DNA from: Octopus sinensis
Taxonomy: Eukaryota
DNA: 64,000 bases
Direction: 5' to 3'
Assembly (NCBI RefSeq): GCF_006345805.1
Contig: NC_043011.1
Span: 49,426,464 to 49,490,463 of the forward strand
A program made the position numbers and the translations under genes. Below, piece by piece: positions 1 to 12,102 of the stretch (positions are counted from its first letter, which is position 1; each line of letters begins with the position of its first letter). The notes under the pieces were generated by a model that made no database searches, was not told the DNA's origin, and saw only the letters and a program-made list of their open reading frames with translations.

Positions 1-186
1 TGACAACCGATGCTGGTGTGTTTATGTCCCTCGTAACACGGCGGTTGGGCAAAAGAGACCGATAGAATAAGTACTAAGCTTCCAGAGAATAAGTTCTGGG
101 GTCAATTTGTCAGACTAAAGGTGGTGGTCCAGCATGGTTGCAGTCAAATGATTGAAGCAAATAAAAGAGTACAAGAGTAAAAAGAG
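1..186 (+). mobile_element. SINE family A, 3' half (runs off window start)
   Basis: Matches the 3' half of full copies at 13561, 34613 and 49543 (GACAACCGATGCTGGTGTG...CAGCATGG..GCAGTCAAATGA..AAAAGAG tail). Confidence 0.85.
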
Positions 187-267
187 TATATACAAGGAAA
201 GAGAAAAGCTTAGATAGACAGGTAGAGAGAGAGTGACAGACAGACAGATAGATAGGTAGATAGATAA

Positions 268-312
<45 letters not shown>

Positions 313-757
313 GTGAGAGAGAGAGAGAGAGAAAGATGAACAGACAGACACACACACATACATACATACATACATACATACATACACATGTAAATGTGTT
401 ATAAAAGTATCATATCATTGGTCGAAATGGTGTTTCGACGATATTCCATATTAGATTAAGGAAATGACTTTTGTACAAGCAATCTTTTAATAACGACCAA
501 CCTGTCCGAAATAACTTTTTATGGTATATTTAATGTCTTTTTCTAATGTTTTTTTTTTTTTTTGCAGCTGACAGGTGGAAGTTTATTCAAGTAGTATCAT
601 TAAAAGAAAGGGAAGAGATGTTAGCTAAAATGTTTCGAAAGCACTAGTGTATACAGTATCTGAAGAAGGTTCCAAATAAAGCTGAAAGTCGGCCAAGATC
701 TTCAATCTTTTTATTGCTCAAAGCGAAAACGAAATACGTAAAATATACGTGTTGAAA

Positions 758-1210
758 GGCGGCGAGCTGGCAGACACGTTAGCACGCCGGGCGAAATGCG
801 TAGCCGTATTTCGTCTGCCGTTGCGTTCTGAGTTCAAAACCCACCGAGGTCGACTTTGCCTTTCATCATTTCGAGGTCGATAAATTAAGTACCAGTTACG
901 CACTAGGGTCGAGGTAATCGACTTAATCCGTTTGTCTGTCCTTGTTTGTCCTCTGTGTTTAGCCCCTTGTGATTAGTAAAGAATTAGGTATTTCGTCTGC
1001 CGTTACGTTCTGAGTTCAAATTCCGCCGAGGTCGATTTTGCCTTTCATCATTTCGATGTCGATAAATTAAGTACCAGTTACGCACTGGGGTCGACGTAAT
1101 CGACTTAATCCGTTTGTCTGTCCTTGTTTGTCCTCTCTGCGTTTAGCCCCTTGTGGGTAGTAAAGAAATACGTATTTCGTCTGCCGTTACGTTCTGAGTC
1201 CAAATTCCGG
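758..1210 (+). mobile_element. SINE family B with ~185-bp internal tandem modules
   Basis: Head GGCGAGCTGGCAGA..GTTAGCACGCCGGGCGAAATG, B-box-like GAGTTCAAA; module repeated about 2.2 times. Confidence 0.85.
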
Positions 1211-1639
1211 AATTGGACGTGCAAAAGAGGTTGTGTGGATGTCGTGGGTGAAAGATTTGTGTACGGACAACTTTCACTTGAAAAGAAAACTGTAACGGGG
1301 GAGGGAGGAGCTGCCCTCCTGCAAACATGGGAAAACATAGTTAAAAGTTTCAGGAATGGTTAGAATGAATGGTTTTAACTTGGGGAAGATCTTATAGGCT
1401 TTTGCCCCAGTGATCAGGTTGTCTCGTGGTTTGTGGAATTTCCACAACCAATCCAGAATAACACCCCTTTTGGGAACCACCGTTATTTTATATGTTTACA
1501 CCTGCAATATTTAACCTTTTGCCATTGTTAAAACTGTATACATACTTTTATGTATGACCCCACACGTATGTCCTGTATCACCCCTCTATGTTGGCTAATA
1601 AAGAAAAGAATTTCGTACGGAACAACCACACAGATGACT

Positions 1640-1868
1640 TGTTTATAGTGATCAAATGTTTGTCTTCACATAAGCTCACACCTTCCATCAAATCGACATT
1701 ACCAGTACAGATGCACCGTGTGCTGTATGTCAGATGACGAAATGATCGCAGAGCAACCTGAAAAGAATTGCTTTGCTCAAGAACACAACGCAACGCCCGG
1801 TCTAGGAATCGAACCCACGATTTCCGGAATCATGAGTGCAACACCCTAACCACTAATCCATGCGACTC
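1640..1868 (-). mobile_element. SINE family C variant (tRNA head, CORE-like TGTGTTCTTGAGCAA segment)
   Basis: Reverse complement begins GAGTCGCATGGATTAGTGGTTAGGG...GGTTCGATTCC (A/B boxes); homologous to 1911-2156. Confidence 0.8.
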
Positions 1869-1910
1869 TACACACACACTCACAAACACGCAAACATATA
1901 TATATATGTA

Positions 1911-2156
1911 GAGGCGTGTGGCTTAGTGTTTAGGGTGTCCGCGTCATATTCGTAAGATTGCGGTTTCGATTCCTGCACCTGGCGACGCGTTGTGTTCTTG
2001 AGCAAAACACTTCATTTCACGTTGCTCCAGTCCACTCAGCTGGCAAAAATGAGTAACGCTGCGATGGACTGGCGTCCCGTCCAGCTGGGGAACACATACG
2101 CCATTGAAACAGGGAAACCGGGCCCATGAGCCTGGCTAGGCTTTAAAAGGGCGCAT
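1911..2156 (+). mobile_element. SINE family C
   Basis: A box TGGCTTAGTGTTTAGG, B box GTTTCGATTCC, body GCGATGGACTGGCGTCCCGTCCAG; homologues at 13062, 43859 and 10511. Confidence 0.85.
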
Positions 2157-2175
2157 AATTATATTATATATATAT

Positions 2176-2219
<44 letters not shown>

Positions 2220-2522
2220 ATACATACATATATACATACATACATATATATACATTTATATATATATACACAAAGGGGTTTGTATGATTGTGTATAGAAT
2301 AATATATTACTCAAAGGAATTTTATGATTCATTAATATTCTTATAATATTAATATAGGATATAGAATATGGAATATATAGTAAGAAAGAAATGAAAGAAA
2401 GTATTGATTGTCTTATTGAACAAATGAAATATTGAAAATTAAATATTAAATGTCTGTTCTCATTGAACTAGTATACTTTCTTGCATTTAAGCAGTAATCA
2501 GGTTCAGATTGTGACAGGAACG

Positions 2523-2557
<35 letters not shown>

Positions 2558-2574
2558 CGGGATTTCATATTTGA

Positions 2575-2732
2575 TCCGTTTGCACGCTCTGAGTTCAATT
2601 ACCGCCGTCGAGGTCGATTTTGCTTTCCGTCTTTTCGGGGTCGATAAAAGAAGTACCAGTGGACCACTGGGCTTGATCTAACAGACTTAGCTACTTCTCT
2701 GAAACTGTTGGCCTTGTGCCAAATTTTGAAAC
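2575..2732 (+). mobile_element. SINE family B fragment
   Basis: CTGAGTTCAA..GAGGTCGATTTTGC..TTCGGGGTCGATAAA..AGTACCAGT core. Confidence 0.75.
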
Positions 2733-3029
2733 AAAGAGATATTGTTACATCTTGTATTGTTTCGCTAAAGATATATATATTCATTTTTTTAAATATCATG
2801 TTTTAATTATACAGTTTTTTTTTTATTGTACTCTTTAAATTATTCAGTGTAATTATCTGTTGGGTTTCCATTAATTATGTTGTATGACGTCTGTGACCCT
2901 TTTCCTCATTTAAAATAACTTATCTACCTCACCCCAACCATACCTTTCTTCATCATCGTTCAAACGTTGCACAATTCGCATCTATGAATTTTATGAAATT
3001 CCCCTCACTGGTTAAACAAAAGAAATGAT

Positions 3030-3500
<471 letters not shown>

Positions 3501-3899
3501 ATCGATTTTCATTTAAATATTTAATTATTAAACTAATTAGCGTTTAATTGCATATAAAATGTATTCGGTGAAAATATTTTGCTTCCCATCGCAGTAAATT
3601 AATATTCCAGAACGTTATCATTATTATTATTATTGTTGTTGTTGTTATTATTTTCCAAATTTTGTTTCCATTTCTTACCGAGAGTCTTCCCAACACCTAG
3701 GGCAACGAAACTCACTGTGTACATTTGTAGGACATTAAAATAAATACTTCAAATTGTTCTTTTACGAAGTCATGTAATAGAAAAAAGGGAAGAAAGTAAA
3801 AAATGGAAAAAAGCAAGGAAAATAAGGGAAAAGGAACAAATAATATTCTTCTTAATGCGTGTGACATACCAGTTAAGACAACTTTTTGCACTTCCTGCA

Positions 3900-3943
<44 letters not shown>

Positions 3944-3945
<2 letters not shown>

Positions 3946-4016
3946 TTATTTTATTATATTTATTTTATTTTATCTAGTTTCAGCTCACGAGCTGTGGCCA
4001 TGCTGGGGCACCGCCA
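3944..4016 (-). mobile_element. SINE-type 3' tail (GGCGGTGCCCCAGCATGGCCACAGC...GAAACTAG plus A-rich tail)
   Basis: Same tail motif as family A copies; lies about 15 nt downstream of the 5S copy on the same strand. Confidence 0.75.
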
Positions 4017-4030
4017 TTGAGAGGGAAAGA

Positions 4031-4149
4031 CGTTTACAGCACCTAGGTTTCCCAAGCGGTCACCCATCTAAGTACTAACTAGGCTCGACTTTTCTTAACT
4101 TCGGTGATCGGAGGAGAACCAGTGTTTTCAATGTGATATGGCCGTAAAC
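4031..4149 (-). pseudogene. Full-length 5S rRNA copy, probably retroposed
   Basis: Reverse complement GTTTACGGCCATATCAC...CCGATCACCGAAGTTAAG...AGTACTTAGATGGGTGACCGCTTGGGAA...GCTGTAAAC, ~119 nt. Helix I pairs (GUUUACGGC/GCUGUAAAC). Solitary, with only TTT after the 3' end. Confidence 0.9.
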
Positions 4150-4315
4150 ATTATTATTATTATTATTCTATGTTTGACTTTTGCTTTATGTCTGTACAAG
4201 TTGGCTCCAAGTCTCACCCAGAGACCTCAAGAGACAGCAGGTTGGAAGTTCTGTGCCATATATTTGGGGGGGGGTTGTTGTTTTTTTGGTGTTGTACTAG
4301 TGAATGTCTAATACA

Positions 4316-4346
<31 letters not shown>

Positions 4347-4351
4347 AAAAA

Positions 4352-4468
<117 letters not shown>

Positions 4469-4559
4469 ATTGCTGTTGTTCTTGTTGTTATTGTAGTTGT
4501 TACTGTTTTATATAATTTACATTTTACATCATATTTGTTATGAGGCCAACTTTGGCCAT

Positions 4560-4865
4560 GAAGGACAGTTAATGTCTATATACGTGATGGCCTTAGCGAA
4601 AGAATTTGTGTCGGACCAGACTGAAAGGGCTGAAGACAGATACCTTCCTCTTTGGTCAGGCCCTCGTCCATTTTTTTTCAAGTTCAAATTAATGAAAAAG
4701 TAGATGAATGCGGCGACGGTGGTTCGAGAGAAAGAGGCCTGCTCTAAACATATGTCTATAAATTGAACAAGTATGATGAGAGGGAACATCATCTCTAGTA
4801 GCCAGAGTGACCGTGGTTTTGTGGGGTTTCCAGGAACAGCCCTTTGAAGTCTTATCTCCACTTGA
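4560..4865 (+). mobile_element. Possible Tx1/L1-like LINE 3' fragment, decayed
   Basis: Frameshifted reading LAKEFV..RLKGLKTDTFLFGQALVHFF resembles Tx1-type ORF2 C-termini; recognised from memory only. Confidence 0.35.
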
Positions 4866-4935
4866 GATTTTTCTTGTTTGGTTTTTCGTGTTTTTTTTGT
4901 TCTTGATATTTTACATTCTACACACCTTCATGTGT

Positions 4936-5420
4936 GGAGGAACATGGCCTAGTGGTTAGAGCAGCGAGCTGGCAGAATCGTTAGCGCGCCGGGCGAAATG
5001 CTAAGCGGTATTTCGTCTACCGTTACGTTGTGAGTTCAAATTCCGCCGAGGTCGACTTTGCCTTTCATCCATTCGGGGTCGATAAATTAAGCAGCAGTTA
5101 CGCACTGGGGTCGATGTAATCGACTTAATACCTATGTCTGTCCTTGTTCGTCCCCTCTATGTTTAGCTCCTTGTGGGTAATAAAGAAATAGGTTAGAGCA
5201 GCGAACTCGCGGTCAAGGGATCACGGGTTCGAATCTCAGACCGGGCGGTGTGTGTGTTTATGAGCGAAACACATAAGCTGCACGCAGCTCCGGCAGAAGG
5301 TAATGGCGAACTTCTGATGACTCTTTCGCCACAACTTTCTGTTACTGTTTCCTCCTGCATCTTGCAGCTCACCTGCGACGGACCGGCGTCCTGTCCAGGT
5401 GGGGAACCTATACACCAAGA
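4936..5420 (+). mobile_element. SINE family D interrupted by a nested family B SINE (4967-5191)
   Basis: The D head stops at GGTTAGAGCAGCGA (4954-4967) and resumes at the same 14-mer (5191-5204). Uninterrupted homologue at 14265-14552. Confidence 0.85.
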
Positions 5421-6641
5421 AGCCACATCATATCACTTCATGCTGTATTGTACGGAATCGTCTTTTACCGTCCTCGATTTGCTTGTGAATATTTAGTGAT
5501 TATAAAAATAAAATTATCTTTATTATGATACAAAGGCGTCAAGCTGGCAGAATCGTTAGCATCCTGGACAAAATACTCCGTGGCATTTCGTCTGTGTTTA
5601 CGTCCTGAGTTGAAATTCCGCCAAGAGCGACTTTGCCTATACTTGAATGGCTTATATTTACTATGATAAATTGCTTGCATTAGCAATGTATGCACTTAGT
5701 CAGGTATGTATGAGTGTATTATTTTCCAATTCCTGAGAATTATATTGATACATCTCTTTGTTTTGTTTTGTACACCGCCTGTCTTCGACTTTTGCTTTCT
5801 TTTCCTTTTCGTGAACTCTCCCCATGTTATTTAAAATAGTTCGTTTCGGTTCCAATGGAACTGAACTCGGAACCATGTAATTGGGAAGCAGGCGTCTTAC
5901 CACACAGCCACGCCTACAAATACACGAGAGAGGGAGGGAGGGGCAAACTTAGTAACTAGGGTAAAATTAGTCATTTCTGATTTTTCGTTATTTCTTATCT
6001 GATGAAATCGCTGCATTTGTACACTTGCAATATATTTGAGAGTAAAAATTGATCAATATAGCTGCTATTGTTGTTGTTGTTTTTGCTGTTATTGTTTTTA
6101 TTGCTGTTGTTGTTGTTGAAGTTGGGAGAATTTAAAACATAATCAGGTTACACATACTTTGTTTTTTCAAGAAATGGTTCCTTAACTTTGACCCGATTGT
6201 AATTGAGGTTACTAATAAAATATCTGGATAATGTTTTCGTAATCAATATCCTTTTTTTTCTGTTGGATTCCAAGTCAATATTTGCCAAACTAATGTTTAA
6301 TTTGATAATTTTCAATTTTCAAAAAATTATATCTAAACTGGAGCAAAATAAAGATAGACTAATTTCAATGATTTCTTCTCTTTAACAACGGCATGATGCG
6401 TAAATATATCATTAAGAGATACACTCCAGCAGATCATGAAGAAGCTATAGAGAACATATTTTATGTCGAGATTTTAGATTTAGTCTAGATTTTAGATATA
6501 GTTTCGTTAATTTCATATCTTGTGCTATTTTCCTGTTATCCTCTTTTAATTTGACCTAGATATTTCAAATTTTGTAGCATTTCTTTTTGTCTTGTGATGT
6601 CTAAAGATAGATAATTTCTGATGTCAGAGGATAGATATTAT

Positions 6642-6691
<50 letters not shown>

Positions 6692-6734
6692 ACTTACTTG
6701 GAAGTGGATGCATGGCGTTCAATCATATAATATA

Positions 6735-6797
<63 letters not shown>

Positions 6798-6859
6798 CAT
6801 CTATACGTCTAGCAAACAACTTTCACATGCAAGTGCTACCAGTTAAAAGCTCCGTATAC

Positions 6860-7676
6860 CGGAAGCTAGCAAGTGTATGGGGTCATCAGGAGAGAATGTG
6901 CGCCGTTTCGGGGCCTACCTCTCGACGGCATCAATGCGCACTGATATGAGGCCCCTCTTGCTTGATCAGCTGGTTATGAAGAACTCAATATACTTCTAGC
7001 CATCCCTCATCGTCTCTTTTTAACCAAATCCAGTGGCTAGCGCCTTCTCCACTGTAGATTGGATATCAGTCATGGTGGTATTGACTTTACGATGAGTTAG
7101 GCCTAGCGATAACAACAGTCGTCTCACGCTGTGTCCAACAAACCCTCTACATTCGACTTCGATAGGAAAATTTTGCGCTTTCCAGCCTGCGTCTTCACAT
7201 TCCTCGAGGAGGTTTTCATAACGGTTCAATTTTCGAGCCCGAGTGGCGTCCATTTAATCTTCATGACGAACCGTTAGCTCGACTATATTTACAACTTTCT
7301 TTCTTTCACACCACATAAAAATATCTGTTTTTTTCGAAACTGGGATGGGAAAGAAAACCTGACACCCAGGTAAATCTGCAGTTACCTCCCAATAGCCGTT
7401 CCACTTTTCATTTTTCTCAGGAAGTTTCTTGATCTTCTTCTTGAAACGGATCCGCTGACCTGGTCGCACGAAGGTAATGAAATCTCTTGATGGTACTTTT
7501 AACAGTTTTTCCTCAGTGTTGTTGAGATGAATTTGGTTCTTTATAGCATTGAAGATAACCTTAAGGACCAAGTTGTGCCTCCATGTGTACCTGTTCAATG
7601 CTAATGAACAGTTGGAAAGAATATGTTTTAGTGTACCGACCTTTCCACATTTGCAGATATATATATGCACATGTGG
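6860..7676 (-). mobile_element. HERO/NeSL-type restriction-like-endonuclease LINE, 3' fragment with 3' UTR
   Basis: Zinc knuckle CKCGKVGTLKHILSNC, RYTWRHNLVL, (P)DI..W..VELTV.HE, and FPIEVECRGF; frameshifted. Confidence 0.85.
6883..6955 (-). ncRNA. Candidate rearranged (non-circularly permuted) hammerhead ribozyme in the HERO 3' UTR
   Basis: GGGGCCU(6955-49)/AGGCCCC(6916-10) stem II; GCCGU-C^GAGAG cleavage strand; GAAACGGC; CUCUC-CUGAUGA(6889-83). All three stems pair. Confidence 0.65.
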
Positions 7677-7714
7677 GCACAGGACGTCACGAAACGTGCA
7701 CAACAAAAGAAATA

Positions 7715-7870
7715 TACGAAGTACGTGTACATGGAGTATGAACTATCATCTCGAACAGCGAAAAACACAAATGGAAAACAAGGCAAACAACATAAAGAAC
7801 GACCCTTCCTCAGTTGCTGACTGTTCCTCTACTCTCACATCACGAGGTGTGAGCCTATTTTATTATATTC
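7715..7870 (-). mobile_element. Decayed relative of the 59.3-59.9 kb repeat family
   Basis: AACATAAAGAACGACCCTTCCTCAGTTGCTGACTG aligns with 59445-59480; GAAA box mutated. Confidence 0.6.
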
Positions 7871-8001
7871 GTTGAATTACCCGTGCTTATTTATTAATAG
7901 TGAGAAATTTGTGGTTTGGGAGTGTTAGCTCCTCTTTCTAGCAAGTGGTATTCCGGTACCCTAGTTTATTTATTTGTATATTTTACCTATATAAGCTAAA
8001 C

Positions 8002-8070
<69 letters not shown>

Positions 8071-8093
8071 CATTATTATTATTATTATTATTA

Positions 8094-10075
8094 TTATATT
8101 TTTATAACTGCTTTCACTGCACTACCGAGCGCAGCTCTGTGTATCTTGGGTATGTGCTGTGGTTTGTTGTGATGCTCTGATGGTCACTGTATTGAAAGTG
8201 TTTTGTGTAGGATGTGTGCAGTGCCCAGTAGTGCAATTTTCTGTATGTTATATATATTTGTGAGTCCTGGTGTTTTTGTTATGTATTTGTCTGAATATGT
8301 TTTTATCATGCCTAATGCGCCCAATATGACAGGAATTGTTTCTGGTTTCAGATTCCACATTCGTGTTACCTCTATTTCTAGGTCTTTATATTTTTTGAAA
8401 GTTTATATGGCCTATTGGCCATAATTTCTCCAACTGTGAGTGTTGGCATATCCCATAGTATTGTTGCTTTCTCATTCTCTATAACATTTTCAGGCGTGAA
8501 TTTATACCATCCTTTTTCTCTTGTTATTCCATAGTGTTGGCATAGCTTCCAGAGTATGTAGGCCCCAATTCTGTCATGTCTGTGAATATATTCCTTCATA
8601 GCCAGGACTGGGCAACCAGAGACAATATGACTTATTGTATCCTGTCCATCTCCACATATTCTACAGTAACATGTTATGTTTCCTTTATATGTTTTTTGGT
8701 AATTCCTGGTGAGGAAGCTTTGGTCTTGTGCTGCAATTAAAACTCCTTCAGTCTCTGCTTTGAGTCCTGAGCTTCTCAGTCATTGCTGAGATTTTGCTTT
8801 GTTTATCACTTTTGAGTTTAGTTTAGCCCAGTATTTGCCATGAAGGTGCTTTTCTTGCCGTCATTTTATCATGGTCCGTTGCTGTTCTAGTTTTAGTTTG
8901 GATCTCATTTGTTTTACAGCTTTTGTTGTTTCTTCTTCTTCTTCTTCATAGTTGTTAGGTAGTATGACTTCTTGTTTGTATTTGTCAGCTTCCTTAAAGG
9001 CTGAAAACAGTTTTTTGTTTTGTTCGTGTTTTGTGGCTATTTGTATTAGTTTTCCTTGCTTCTGAAGTAGGTATTTTTGCAATCCTATGGTGGTTATTTT
9101 GTAATAGCTTTCTAGCTATATAAGGTCTCTACCACCTTCTATATGTTGTATATATAACCTTTCTATGTTGGATTTTGGGTGGTGCATCCTAAATCTTGTC
9201 ATTATACTTCTTGTTTTTCTGTCTATTTTGATTAGTTCATTTAGTGTCCAGTTAAAGATATTGTAGCCGTAACTTATAACTGGGACGACTAGAGTGTTGA
9301 TACCTATTATCTTGTTTTACGCATTGAAATCTGTTTTTAATATTGATTTAACTCGTCTATAGTATTCTTTTTTCATTTTCTCTTTCATTCATGTGTGTTG
9401 TATCGTATCTAGTTCATTGATTCCTAAATATCCGTATGCCTGGCTTGATTTAATCTTCTTATTTCATTTGCTTTAACTAGTGTGATGTTGCTACTCTTAA
9501 CTAGTTTTCCTTTTTTCAAGGTTGCTTTGGTACATTTTTCTAAGCCAAATTTTATATTGATTTCTTTGGTAAATCCATGCACTGTCTGTAGTAATCTTTC
9601 CAGCTGTTTATCATTTCTAGCGTACAGTTTTAGGTCATCCTCATATAAAAAATGTCTGATTGTTTTGTATCTGCATCCAGTTCTGTTTAGCATGTCAGAA
9701 AAAAGGTGTCGGTGCCAAGCAGAAAAGAAGTGGGGAGAGAATGTCTCCCTAGAATATTCCTCTTCTAATGGCGATGGCTTTGATTTTTATGAGTCCTTTT
9801 GTCTGGAGCTGTAGCACTGTCTGCCATTTATTCATAGAGTGTCTTATGTATTTTATGATTATTGATGCTACCTTGTTCAAGGCTGGTGTTTCTAGGATCC
9901 ATGTGTGAGGAATGCTATCAAAAGCCTTTTGGTAGTCAATCCAGGCCATAGTTAGACCCTTCTTCTTTCTGTGACTGTCTTCAGTAATGGCTTTATTGAT
10001 CATTAGTTGATCTTTACAGATGTATGAGCCCTTACAGCATCCCTTCTGCTCTTCTGGAAACAAGTTGTTTTCTTC
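8094..10075 (-). mobile_element. R4/Dong-clade non-LTR retrotransposon, 5'-truncated and pseudogenised, ending in (TAA)n
   Basis: RT motifs EEQKG, AWIDYQKAFDSIPH, RGIF, LYEDDLKLY. CCHC region HIVSGCPVLA..EY..RHD. RLE tail KYKDLEIEVTRMW..IPVILGALG, stop at 8184-8186. The PD-D/E segment is deleted. Confidence 0.92.
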
Positions 10076-10269
10076 CACATGGTTCCGGGTTCAGTCCCAG
10101 TGCGTGGCACCTTGATGTTACTCCTCCCAAAGGTAAAGAAACAATAAGAAGAGTCCTTAAATATTACCAAAATGAAGTAGATTGAGATAATTATTTTGAA
10201 CTTGTGGAAGACACACGAAGTGTCGAAATATTGTTTATTCCATTACAGTCGCACTCTTCTTATTGTTCC

Positions 10270-10335
<66 letters not shown>

Positions 10336-10336
10336 G

Positions 10337-10510
10337 AGTGAGAGAGCAGTGCATGCCATCAAAGTGACACTGGGGTAAAATAAACGAAGCCCAGTATACC
10401 CATCATGACTACCCGTCTGATAAGGGTACACCAGGCACATGCATCACAACCATATGTGCGCGACATGGTGATCTCATATCCAGATAAACAGCGCATGACC
10501 TTGCGGGTGG
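10337..10510 (-). mobile_element. Unclassified repeat fragment anchored to (TAA)n
   Basis: GC-balanced block abutting the (TTA)n tract at 10272-10336; its other end is fused to a family C SINE tail (10511-10605). Confidence 0.45.
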
Positions 10511-11257
10511 ACTGGCGTCCCGTCCATCTGGGGTGAACACATACGTCACAGAAACCGAGAAACCGGGTCCATGATCCTGGCTAGGCTTGAAAAAGGGAGC
10601 ATAAATAAATAAATATATAATATACATATATATATATTTATGTTTGTATGTATATACGTATTTATGTATGAATGTGTGTGTGTGTATGTATAAGGCAGGA
10701 TTCTTTCAGTTTTTCAACTCAATCCACTCACCAAACTTTAGTCAGCCCGAGGCTATAGAAGACACTTGCCGAAGGTGCCACGCAATGGGAGTGAACCAGG
10801 AACCCTGCGGTTGGTAAGCAAAGTTCTTACCATACAGTTATGCCAGCCGAAAGCATTTTGTTTGGCGCTCTACCGATTCAGCCATCCACCCTACGCTCTG
10901 TAGATACGATACAAACATTATAATCGATAGTCAGGTAGCAATAACGTATTTTATTGTTTTCAGTTTATTTTCCCCGCCTTCTCACGTGAGATAATTATAA
11001 AAAGAGACATTGTGATGACGTCATATCGATTTCACATTTCTGATCACATTGTGGTTTTGGTGAAAGAAAAAAAAATTGACAGAACTGAATGTGATAAAGA
11101 TAGAAACAATGATCTCGCCTCTTCTCCCTCTCCCTCTCTCCTTTTCTTTTTCTCCCTTTCTGTCTCTTTCCTACTCTCTCTCTTTCGCTTTCTCTGCCTG
11201 CCTCTCTCCCTCTACCTCTCTCTGTCTCTCTTTCATTCGCTCCTTCTCTCTCTCCAT

Positions 11258-11288
<31 letters not shown>

Positions 11289-11333
11289 TAGGTAATGCAA
11301 AGAGTTGTGGATTGGAAGGTAAAAGATAATAGC

Positions 11334-11377
<44 letters not shown>

Positions 11378-11380
11378 TAA

Positions 11381-11451
<71 letters not shown>

Positions 11452-12102
11452 GAGGAGGAGGAGGGGGAGGAGGAGGAGGGGGAGGAGGGGGAGGAGGGGA
11501 GGGGAGGGGAGGGGAGGGGAGGAGGAGGGGGAGGAGGAGGCGGGGTTAATAATAAACTACAACGATAACAACAACATCAGCTTACAACAGCTACAGTAAA
11601 AATAACGACGGGATGTTTATTTTAGACATAAAGGCTCAAAAATATGAAATACAAAGAATTTTATAGAAAAAGAATTACGAAATATTTTCGAGTTACACAT
11701 GCTGGGCAAAATATGCAAATCAAAATACATTAAATTAAAGAAAACAAAAAAAAAAACAATTGGATACATACAAAAAAAAAATGAAGCAGATACAAACAGT
11801 GCCGTCCTCAAAGGTTTGGAAACAGTTTTCTTTGTGTTGGGTCACGGTAACCTAAGACTTCTATTTCCTTCCTCTCTAGAGCCTTGCTATCTTTTATCAA
11901 CGAATTCCTGGCGATATTTACATATTGGCCATACATCTCATACATATCAATTTTGCTGGAACTACATGAAACTGGAACCTTGGTCTTCACTTATAGCATA
12001 GTTGAAGACGGAGTGCTTCCCAACCATTTTTTTGCTTATGGAACCATGGGCCCCTTTGATTCCTATTTTACTCGGACGGACCCTCACAGCTATTCAAGGT
12101 TT

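Noticed and set aside
659-700. CTGAAGAAGG...GCTGAAAGTC
   Set aside because: No stem I partner after GUC, and stem II is mostly wobble pairs.
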